Source of the DNA: Amoebidium appalachense
Lineage: Eukaryota > Protista > Ichthyosporea
Length of the DNA: 64,000 bases
Reading direction: 5' to 3'
Assembly (NCBI GenBank): GCA_963693365.1
Contig: CAVNZM010000013.1
Location: forward strand, 1,513,817 to 1,577,816
The notes under the pieces were generated by a model. It made no database searches and was not told the DNA's origin. It saw only the letters and a list, made by a program, of their open reading frames with translations. Shown piece after piece: positions 11,861 through 22,921 of the stretch. Positions within the stretch are counted from its first letter, which is position 1; every line of letters begins with the position of its first letter. The position numbers were made by a program, and so were the translations under genes.

Positions 11861-12366
11861 CTCGCCTTACAGTCTTAAGGTAGAACCGGGATAAGGAGCA
11901 GTGGCTAAGCCTTGAAGCTATCCACCACTACCTGAGCTACGAAGTGACCTAAGGCTTGAGTTATATTCATTATCGAATGTTTGGTATGATCATTCATCCA
12001 CACAACCAAATTACTCGCAATTGAAAACGAATCTGCGGGAGTTTCCTAAAAAGGAAAAACACCTAAAAAAGGAAAATATTACTTCTACAGAAAAAGCCAA
12101 GCACAGAGACGAAGCGAACAATTCGCACGCACACTCTGCAACAATCTTCGCCACGAAAATGAAAACACAGAAGAATGCTGCATGAATTTGTGTTTTGGCA
12201 AATGAAGAAGTGCTCATAGACGTGCACAACTCTATTCCACCGTCCTTGCTCTGTTCTGTCCAGCAGCTCGGCACACACAAGAATTCTCGCTGAAGGTTGT
12301 TTATCGCCTCTCAGCCTGGTGGTTTGCTTGTCTAACGACACCACCAGGCTCCCGACAAGGGGGGAG

Positions 12367-12852
12367 TGTAAACAACTGTACACATGAACTGTACATGTTT
12401 ACTAAAGAATGTGATCTACTAGCACACGATTCGTGCTTTGTCATGAACCTGAATATCACATAAATATTATGTCCGCACCAATAGGACTCACTCTGACCTA
12501 AGAATTGAACCATATATGGTTCTTCCGCTGCATACCACATAAACGAAGTGAACCAATAAGAGGTTTGCATAAATAGGACGAAGGTCTGACTGGCTCGGAC
12601 CGCACCAGAATCACGAATGGCATGTTGCCACCCGCGCTGGCCGCGGATGAACCAATCCTGGGCCTTGATCCGAAACCTGGGGGCTATATAACAAAGCCGT
12701 CCCAGTACGGGGATCACATCAGTGAAGTCTGAGACAGACTGAGTCGGCCCATAGTAAAAGCAACCTGGCCGCGTGTGCCTTTCTACCCGTTCTCTGTCTT
12801 TATTTTGATTCAGTTGTACTCTGCCTTATCCTAACTAGTCCAACTGTTTACA
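12367..12852 (+). repeat. LTR 2 (shared, central)
   Basis: No difference from LTR 1 seen; preceded by polypurine tract and followed by PBS. Confidence 0.95.
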
Positions 12853-15438
12853 TTGGCGACCGCGCAGTTCAAGAATCTCGCATCCTTCGAATCTCACATC
12901 TTTCAATCAGTTCAAGAATCTCACATCTTTCAATTACCCCAAGAATCTGCCATGGCCGATCACAATCCTTTTTACCACGATGATAGGCACATCTTTCTTT
13001 GTCAGGCTTAGAATACATACACATCGACAAGTTTGAAGTGGCCAGCCCACCTACACGGAAAGAATTGAAAACATGTAAAACGGCTTTTGCTACGACACAA
13101 AAAAAAATGTGAAGAAAAACGAACACACAACGAAACAACGAATACACGAACAAACGAATAAAGAATTGCTAACGAAGCAATGAACCAACGAAAAACGAAC
13201 CATCACGAATACACAACGAAATAACGAATTAACGACAAACGAATGCATAGAGGAAATACGAAATAAACGCAACACGAAAATAAACGAAGGAACGAAGTTA
13301 TGAAACGACGAAAAACGAAAAACGAAAGCAAAATGAAATGGAAATACGAAAATGAAAGAACGAATGCACAACACTGCTTGGGTTGCGATGCACACAGCCC
13401 CCTCTATGTTACGAAGAAAAGAAAACCGTTGCCATTGCGTGCATTGCGCTATTGCACACTGTCATCGTGTCCATGCCACCGCATGCACCTCCACACTCGC
13501 AAGCCAGATGCACGGCCACTTTCAGCACGAATGCATTTAAAGAAGAAGATAGTCGCTGTTCCTATAGCATTGAGGACATAAGGTGCTGTGAAAGTAGTTT
13601 TGCATGCATGCTTCGAATTTCTTGCTGTTTTCGAATACAGCATGCCCCATAGTTTAGCGCACAGGATGCACAACATGCGCATGAATGTATGCTGGCATGC
13701 CTAAACACATTACGAACATATGCCTCATGTATGGCGGCCCTTCCTGGTGCCACGCCCTAACGAATTTGCACTCTTGGTGCACAAAAGGCATGTAATAAAG
13801 TCGATGCAGAACTTTTGTTCATGCATGTGAAAAACAAAGAAGGTGTTGGGTACGAATTTTAAGGTGAATGCCCGTCTGTGGCAATACTGTGTAACATACC
13901 AATTACACTGTCAAGCCTTGCACTAGCTGCCGGCACACCCCCACCAGAACAAAAGAATGTGGTATGGGCACCGCTCCCTCACAACCCCATCATACAGTGT
14001 CAGTATTTTGGCTGGAAGCCTTTCAGTTTCGAATTACGAATACCCTCCTTCACTACTGAAGAAAGTGACGTGGAAGACGAATACGAATACGAATGCAAGG
14101 TGTTGTTGACTAACACATCGGACCATCATGTGTACCTAGGCCCTGGTACGGAGGTGACCATGTTATTCCCTTGCGATATGATGACACTGTAACAATTTAG
14201 CACGTGCATACCCCACCAATGGGCACATGCGGGAGACAACCCCACAAGCTGCCTTATTGGGCACCTCTGCTAAAACGAATATTCTTCTCACGAAGGAACA
14301 GAAGAATGCCACGAACACGAACCACACACTCACCAGGCAGCTACTTACATCTAATGTATGTAAGAAGTAGGGTGTGTGAACGGGGTAACTTCATGAACAC
14401 CAACACGAAAGAAAGCACAGCACAAAGCAGTTCCACGAACACGAATGGTTTTGGTTTTCCACACAACGAACAGAACCAACAGTAGGGCCACCTACAAATG
14501 AAGCAGAGGATGGGGCACCATCCAGACCTGCACTGGAGGATATGAAAACACGAAGCGCGCTCACGAAGTTGCTTACAAAAGAAAGGGCGACTGTGACGAC
14601 TTTTCTTTTTAGGCCAAGCCTCCAGAAGAATGTATTATGCCTGGAATCCCCCTGCTCAACGAAAATGGCTGGCAAATGGGATACGAAAACTGCTCACGAA
14701 TGGAAGCATGTGTTTTCTGAAGAAGGCTTGCTTTGCCTACCCTCTTCTTATGAATTATGAACCGGGTTTCTACTGGTTCTGACGGGCTGATATATTTCTT
14801 TATGTCGCCCAACGAAGAACATTTAGGGCATTCTTATTCATGTTATTCCCGGCTCCGATGATGCAGGGTTAAAGCTGAAAGGAAAGAAGTGCTCTTTGTT
14901 CCTGAAAGAAGTGGCTTTTCCGGCCATGGTGACTCGCCTTACAGTCTTAAGGTAGAACCGGGATAAGGAGCAGTGGCTAAGCCTTGAAGCTATCCACCAC
15001 TACCTGAGCTACGAAGTGACCTAAGGCTTGAGTTATATTCATTATCGAATGTTTGGTATGATCATTCATCCACACAACCAAATTACTCGCAATTGAAAAC
15101 GAATCTGCGGGAGTTTCCTAAAAAGGAAAAACACCTAAAAAAGGAAAATATTACTTCTACAGAAAAAGCCAAGCACAGAGACGAAGCGAACAATTCGCAC
15201 GCACACTCTGCAACAATCTTCGCCACGAAAATGAAAACACAGAAGAATGCTGCATGAATTTGTGTTTTGGCAAATGAAGAAGTGCTCATAGACGTGCACA
15301 CCTCTATTCCACCGTCCTTGCTCTGTTCTGTCCAGCAGCTCGGCACACACAAGAATTCTCGCTGAAGGTTGTTTATCGCCTCTCAGCCTGGTGGTTTGCT
15401 TGTCTAACGACACCACCAGGCTCCCGACAAGGGGGGAG

Positions 15439-15924
15439 TGTAAACAACTGTACACATGAACTGTACATGTTTACTAAAGAATGTGATCTACTAGCACACG
15501 ATTCGTGCTTTGTCATGAACCTGAATATCACATAAATATTATGTCCGCACCAATAGGACTCACTCTGACCTAAGAATTGAACCATATATGGTTCTTCCGC
15601 TGCATACCACATAAACGAAGTGAACCAATAAGAGGTTTGCATAAATAGGACGAAGGTCTGACTGGCTCGGACCGCACCAGAATCATGAATGGCATGTTGC
15701 CACCCGCGCTGGCCGCGGATGAACCAATCCTGGGCCTTGATCCGAAACCTGGGGGCTATATAACAAAGCCGTCCCAGTACGGGGATCACATCAGTGAAGT
15801 CTGAGACAGACTGAGTCGGCCCATAGTAAAAGCAACCTGGCCGCGTGTGCCTTTCTACCCGTTCTCTGTCTTTATTTTGATTCAGTTGTACTCTGCCTTA
15901 TCCTAACTAGTCCAACTGTTTACA
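15439..15924 (+). repeat. LTR 3 of tandem element
   Basis: One C>T difference seen near 15686; followed by the TSD. Confidence 0.95.
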
Positions 15925-16002
15925 CCTTTCAGAAGAAGCTGCAGCATGCAGCATGGTCCAAAACAATCAGCACGGTGGCTGCGCGATCTGCGGAGGGGAT
16001 CT

Positions 16003-16108
16003 GTGACCAGGCGACCTGCGGGAAGGGAACTGCGACCAGGCGACCTGCGGGAAGGGACCTGCGACCAGGCGACCTGCGGGAAAGGACCTGCGGACCTGCG
16101 GGAAGGGG
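16003..16108. repeat. ~28-bp minisatellite (GACCAGGCGACCTGCGGGAAGG..)
   Basis: About 3.5 adjacent copies. Confidence 0.85.
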
Positions 16109-16523
16109 GAAGAGAAATGGAGCAAACAACGTGCGTACAGGCTTAAATGGAGAAAAAATTGCAAACCGGATTGGGATTTAGCCAATCACTATTCGCCGCG
16201 CCTGATTAGGGAAAAGATAAAAATAGATTTCGGCTCGCGCGCGCGCGTGCATCAGCTTGGTGCCCTTAGCGCTACCCTTAGTGCCCTTAGTCACAACTAT
16301 CAGACTATAGTTACGTGTCCTCCACTTCTTTGTTCTTGACCATTTTTTCGGCATGAAAGGGATTCTGTTACTTCTTGCTGTCCTTCTTAGCGTGCTTGCT
16401 TGTCTTTTTTTCAACATGGGTGTCACTGGCGCTTTCGACTTCTTTGAAATCACACACACACACACACACACACCCACACACACACACACACGTGCGCGCA
16501 CGCACACACACTCACACATGCAC

Positions 16524-16559
<36 letters not shown>

Positions 16560-16701
16560 CGCGCATACACAGACACGCACACACAAACAGGCGCACACCT
16601 ACACAACACACACAGCACATGCACACACAAGCGCACACACGCACACACCCTGTTATCCCTGATCATGATGCCCCCTCCCCCCTCCCTCTTCCCCCCCGCG
16701 C

Positions 16702-16735
<34 letters not shown>

Positions 16736-17103
16736 ACCCACCCCACCCACCCACCTACAAAGACGAAAACATTGTACATGTATTGCATACACAAATATAC
16801 TCGCACATATACATACACACATTCACTTTAATCTTTCAGGCTACATGTGCAATTGGCATTAATTATGCACAGTCGATAGAATTCGTTGTGAAACCCCCCC
16901 CCCCCCCCCCCCCTCCCCCCCCCCTCCCCCTCGTTCCCCCCATATGCAATGGGGAAAATATTGTTTCCCGCTATTAATTAAAAAATCACCGTTCTAACTT
17001 CCTAAGACCGAACCACTTGTAACACCGACAGTTTCGGTTGTGTGGAACGTGCTGAATATCCCGTGCTAGGAAACCAATAACGTGAAAGTAACACATGCCG
17101 CAT

Positions 17104-19318
17104 GTGGGTAGTTATTGAAAAAACCAATAATGTCTAGGTAACATACTATGTACATATACTATGCCACAAAGGGGGTTCTATACGAGCTACAACGTTGTGT
17201 TTTTTTCGTGTGACCCTCGTACTCCAGGGGCACATTCACCATCCCCCCCATAAACTTTGTGGTAAAGTTCTCGTGCTAGAAGCTGTTCTGTGGGTAGTTA
17301 TTGAAAAAACGAATAATGTCTAGGTAACACATGTACATATTCTATGCTACAAGGGGGGTTCTATTCGAGCTACAATGTTGTGTTTTTTTCGTGTGACCCT
17401 CGTACTCCAGGGGCACATTCACCATCCCCCCCATAAACTTTGTGGTAAATCTCTCGTGCTAGAGGCTGTTCTGTGGGTAGTTATTGAAACAACGAATAAT
17501 GTCTAGGTAACACATGTACATATACTATGCTACAAGGGGGGTTCTATTCGAGCTACAATGTTGTGTTTTTTTCGTGTGACCCTCGTACTCCAGGGGCACA
17601 TTCACCATCCCCCAAGGCATAAACTTTGTGGTAAATCTCTCGTGCTAGAGGCTGTTCTGTGGGTAGTTATTGAAAAACCAATAATGTCTAGGTAACACAT
17701 GTACATATACTATGCTACAAGGGGGGTTCTATTCGAGCTACAATGTTGTGTTTTTTTCGTGTGACCCTCGTACTCCAGGGGCACATTCACCATCCCCCTC
17801 ATAAACTTTGTGGTAAATCTCTCGTGCTAGAGGCTGTTCTGTGGGTAGTTATTGAAAAAACGAATAATGTCTAGGTAACACATGTACATATACTACTATG
17901 CTACAAGGGGGGTTCTATTCGAGCTACAATGTTGTGGATTTTTCGTGTGACCCTCGTACTCCAGGGGCACATTCACCATCCCCCCCATAAACTGTGTGGT
18001 AAATCTCTCGTGCTAGAGGCTGTTCTGTGGGTAGTTATTGAAAAACCAATAATGTCTAGGTAACATATGTACATATACTATGCTACAAGGGGGGTTCTAT
18101 ACGAGCTACAACGTTGTGTTTTTTTCGTGTGACCCTTGTACTCCAGGGGCACATTCCCCATCCCCCCCATAAACTTTGTGGTAAATGTCTCGTGCTAGAA
18201 GCTGTTCTGTGGGTAGTTATTGAAAAAAAAATAATGTCTAGGTAACACATGGACATATACTATGCTACAAGGGGGGTCTATTCGAGCTACAACATTGTGT
18301 TTTTTTCGTGTGACCCTCGTACTCCAGGGGCACATTCACCATCCACCCCATAAACTTTGTGGTAAATCTCTCGTGCTAGAGGCTGTTCTGTGGGTAGTTA
18401 TTGAAAGACCAATATTGTCTAGGTAACATATGTACATATACTATGCTACAAGGGGGGTGCTATACGAGCTACAACGTTGTGTTTTTTTCGTGTGACCCTT
18501 GTACTCCAGGGGCACATTCACCATCCCCCCCATAAACTTTGTGGTAAAGGTTTCGTGCTAGAAGCTGTTCTGTGGGTAGTTATTGAAAAAACCAACTTAG
18601 TAATGTCTAGGTAGTAACACATGTACATATACTATGCTACAAGGGGGGTTCTATTCGAGCTACAATGTTGTGTTTTTTTCGTGTGACCCTCGTACTCCAG
18701 AGGCACATTCCCCATCCCCCCCATAAACTTTGTGGTAAATCCCTCGTGCTAGAGGCTGTTCTGTGGGTAGTTATTGAAAGACCAATAATGTCTAGGTAAC
18801 ATATGTACATATACTATGCTACAAGGGGGGTTCTATACGAGCTACAACGTTGTGTTTTTTTCGTGTGACCCTCGTACTCCAGGGGCACATTCACCATCCC
18901 CCCCATAAACTTTGTGGTAAAGGTCTCGTGCTAGAAGCTGTTCTGTGGGTAGTTATTGAAAAAACCAATAATGTCTAGGTAACACCTGTACATATACTAT
19001 GCTACAATTGCAAGGGGGGTTCTATTCGAGCTACAATGTTGTGTTTTTTTCGTGTGACCCTCGTACTCCAGGGGCACATTCACCATCCCCCCCATAAAGT
19101 TTGTGGTAAATCTCTCGTGCTAGAGGCTGTTCTGTGGGTAGTTATTGAAAAACCAATAATGTCTAGGTAACATATGTACATATACTATGCTACAAGGGGG
19201 GTTCTATACGAGCTACAACGTTGTGTTTTTTTCGTGTGACCCTCGTACTCCAGGGGCATATTCACCATCCCCGCCATAAACTTTGTGGTAAATGTCTCGT
19301 GCTAGAAGCTGTTCTGTG
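17104..19318. repeat. ~183-bp tandem satellite, 12 copies, inside the TIR element
   Basis: Unit GTGGGTAGTTATTGAAA...GCTAGA(A/G)GCTGTTCT recurs every ~181-191 bp. Confidence 0.97.
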
Positions 19319-19498
19319 TCTGATGTGTGGATGTCTGTGTATGTTGTGTGTGTGTGCATGTCTGTGTGTGTGTGTATGTGCTCAGTTGAAAGGGAAGGGG
19401 GGGGAGAGGGGGGATGCACCGTGTGTGTGCATGTGTGCACGTGTGTGTGTGGGCTCTGTGGAGAGGGAAGGGGAGGGGGGAAATGCACCGTGTGTGTG

Positions 19499-19554
<56 letters not shown>

Positions 19555-19697
19555 GTGTGTTTGTGTGTGTGTGCATGTCTGTGTGCATCGTTTGTGTTGT
19601 GTGTGTGTGTGTGTGCATGTCTGTGCATGTGTGCATGTGCTCGGTGGAGAGGGAAGGGGAAGGGGGGGATTCGTGTCCGTGCATGTGTGCATGTGTG

Positions 19698-19756
<59 letters not shown>

Positions 19757-20546
19757 ATGTATGTGTGTGTGTATGTGCTCAGTTGAGAGGGAAGGGGAGG
19801 GGGGGGGTGCACCGTGTGTGTGCATGTGTGCATGTTAATGCAAAGTACACACGGGGGAGTCCGTAGAATTTTTTTCCCGACGGAGGGGAGGGGGACGTGA
19901 TCGGGGAATTTCAGTGTTTTCTCCAGTCCCGCATGCAACATACCAGCCTTCGTATTCAAAAAACCCAAACACCCTTTCCTTTAGCAAGTAGCTGACTTTC
20001 TCACCACCAAACGTAGATGGGGGTGGGGGGGAGTGCCCACGTTCACCCACACATCCCCACGGGCATTTGCCGGCCCATCAGGGGGGGTCCAAGAGGGGGG
20101 GGGGGGGGTCATTCTATAGTGTGCATGTGTTGTGGAGGGAAAAAACGTGCAAAAACCCTCAGAATGGACGGATTTCGATGCAGTTTTTTTTTGTTTTCCC
20201 AATGGGAAGGTATGTTAATGCAAAGTACACACGGGGGAGTCCGTAGGAATTTTTCCCGACGGAGGGGGGAACGTGATCGGGGAATTTCAAGACGAAAAAT
20301 CTAAAATCTCAATATCTGCCAAAACCCTCCGAATGGACGGGGGGAGAGGGGGGGGGGGGGGGGGGGGGGAAGGGGGGGGGGGGGGGGGGGGAGAGGCATC
20401 AAACGTGATGGCTCACACACCCCCACTGAAATTTGCTGGCCCCATAGGTGGGGTCCATGGGGGGGGGGGGGTCATTGTATAGTGTGCTTTTTTTTTGTGG
20501 GGGAGGGGGGGGGGGGGTTACACATTGGGTGGTTATTTCCAAGGCA

Positions 20547-20999
20547 ATGGCAACGTCCCCCCCCCCCCCTCTCCCCGGCGGGCCCGCCGCTGCGCTGCGG
20601 AAGATTACTCTGATCCACTCGAATCCTTTTGTCCCAAACACAGGCTTGCAGGATAAGAAAGGCCTGCACCTTGCAAAGCTGGATGCCTATTTTGCATCAG
20701 AAGGGAACTTCGACCCCAGCCCCAGGCTTGAAGGACGTGGCAATTGCCTAAAGTTCCTGCCGCTACAGCTGCAGTTGTTCCTAGCGGGCTTAACGCCTGC
20801 TGAAGCACGGGGGACTCCACGGGGGGATCTGCCTCTTCCAGTGAAAAGAAAAATATTCCCATACAACAGCTGCTATATTCGACTGCAAGAAGGTGAGGAG
20901 GGAGTGTATCTTAGGGTGGTGGGGTGTAAGGAGTTTTATGGTCGGCGATCCGCACTGCAGTTTCAGGTATGGTTGGCGTATTTATTCAGGACGTACTAA
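20547..20999 (+). CDS. Hypothetical 150-aa ORF or exon carried by the TIR element
   Basis: Non-repetitive open frame from ATG with ordinary amino-acid composition; no motif recognised. Confidence 0.3.
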   Translation: MATSPPPPLPGGPAAALRKITLIHSNPFVPNTGLQDKKGLHLAKLDAYFASEGNFDPSPRLEGRGNCLKFLPLQLQLFLAGLTPAEARGTPRGDLPLPVKRKIFPYNSCYIRLQEGEEGVYLRVVGCKEFYGRRSALQFQVWLAYLFRTY

Positions 21000-22606
21000 C
21001 AGAATAGTAAGTATAGCTCTAGTATAGCGTGATGATATTCTTAGGAGCTTCCTAAGGTATGCGATATATATCTTTGCGTTTTTTTGCGTTTTTTGTGCAT
21101 TTTTTTTATTTTTTTATTTTTTAATGTGTTTTTTTAGGGTAAATTCCACGCACCGGCCACTTGCTCCGCGCAGGCATTGCACCGTTTGCCAAGGTATCTC
21201 GCCTAATTTATAGGTACCTTAAATATTATTATAACTAAAACTTCTGTATTTGGCAGTTGAATGCCCCAGTTTTACTTACATTAGACGGATCATGATTGTA
21301 ATGATAACAGTGCTTCGGATTCTGTTTTGCACCCCTCCAGTAAATCTTTGTTTCCATTGGCTATCAACGCCTCGCGCGCACCTGCGCGACGCCTTCATGT
21401 TTCATGTTTCAATAAAAGCGTACCTTGTGACGCCTTCATTGTGAATGCAGTGTGAAGTTCGATCCTAAAAAACAACCAATCAAAAACGTTGGAGTGATCT
21501 ATCCCACAATCAAATGCGAAATCCCTTTTCCGGCCGTATATATTGAGCTAACCCGCGCATCATGGATCGTGGTCCTGGGTAATCGGCATTGACCGGGTGG
21601 TGAAGACGCCGTGGCTGAGGATAGCGATACGTGCTTTGCTTTTCTATCCCAGGGAACACTTAAAGATCATCTAAATCGATCCCATTGAAGCCTTTAAGAG
21701 GTCCTAAAGTAATCCTCACACAATAGCTAATTGCAACTCTGAACATCTTTACGCTACCCCAAATAGGGCGTGAAGATCGCAGAAAGGTATCACCAATACA
21801 TGCCTAAGATTGCGTTAGCATATCACATGCACAGACATGGCCTGTCTTGAAGATATAATTGGGATGGCCAAAAGCGCTACAAAGAACTCTCCAAAGATCT
21901 CCTTAGATGATCCACTGCCTAGCTGTGATATATCCTGACGACATCCTAACGCAATCAGTTCGTTTCGCAAATGTTGCATGGCCATACGGGATTAAGAGAG
22001 GATAAAGATTGTACTAAGATTTCCGCAGTACATCTTTAACATATCTCTACGCCCATCCCACGAGCGCCTTGTGTCAACTTACTTGCGTGTATAATGCATC
22101 TTACACACATCTATATAATATGTATCGGTATCTCTCATAGACATCCTGTAGAATGAGTGCAGACGTCTTTAGGACATCTGTTAACTACCCCATGTTCCGG
22201 GATGATAACAATATGTTTTTCAATCCGTCCAGGATATCTTTAAGACGCAAAAGACCACAAAATTCGAAAGACGTCTTCAATATATCCCGTATGCATCCGC
22301 AACCCATCGGACAATTTAAAGGGGGGTTAAGGACATCCGGACTTGTGCTGATGGGTATAAGTGCACTTCCAGGTGTCTGTATGACATCTTGTCAGACGAC
22401 TTTACTACGTCTTTAAGATGTCCGCTGTCTTGAATCCATGCCAGACGTATTTAATATATATGGGATGTGTTTCAGACGCCTTGCCATCCTGAAATTCCGG
22501 GTTATCCTAAACCCGTCCTAAGCTATCTTTTAGATATATTAACGACGATAGGACGTCCTAAAGTCGTACAGGACAGGTTTCGGATGGGGGGTGATCTTTG
22601 CTGATG

Positions 22607-22921
22607 ATCCGACGGTATGAAGCTGATGTGGGTGCTCACAATTTAAAATGTAACCGTAATGTGGGTGGTGTAGATGAGATGGGTGGTGGTAGTGGGGGGC
22701 ATGGTGGTGGTGGTGGTGGTCACGGGGGTGGCCACGGGGGTAGTGGGGGTAATGTTGGTGGTAAGGGTAAATCTAGTGGGGGAGGTAAATGGGCTAAGGA
22801 CGATAAAAAGAAAGATAAGAGGGGGCCCAATTGTTGGGCATGCAAGCAGCCGGGGCATCGTTTTAAAGATTGCCCCACCCGAGCTGCCAAGAAGAACAAG
22901 GGCAAGCAAAGTGAAAAATAG
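22607..22921 (+). pseudogene. gag: Chromovirus gag C-terminus with CCHC zinc knuckle
   Basis: CWACKQPGHRFKDC fits CX2CX4HX4C; ends at TAG. Confidence 0.92.

Larger units (their letters stand above)
9295..15924 (+). mobile_element. Tandem non-autonomous Gypsy-derived LTR element (LTR-int-LTR-int-LTR, period 3072 bp)
   Basis: Three 486-bp LTRs TGTAAACA...TGTTTACA; PBS TGGCGACCG after LTR 1 and LTR 2; G-rich polypurine tract before LTR 2 and LTR 3; TSD CCTTT at 9290-9294 and 15925-15929. Confidence 0.95.
7409..22606. mobile_element. 15.2-kb TIR DNA transposon (EnSpm/CACTA-like or ISL2EU-like; no transposase recognised) inserted in gag
   Basis: Termini CATCAGCAAA(C/G)ATC(T/A)CCC in inverted orientation; 2-bp TSD AT; ~0.9-kb subterminal zones rich in GACGTC/GATATC/GACATC-like motifs; excision restores the gag frame. 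Confidence 0.8.

Noticed and set aside
17104-19318. CRISPR-like or coding repeat array
   Set aside because: Whole units repeat with no unique spacers; frequent indels and stops break the frames.
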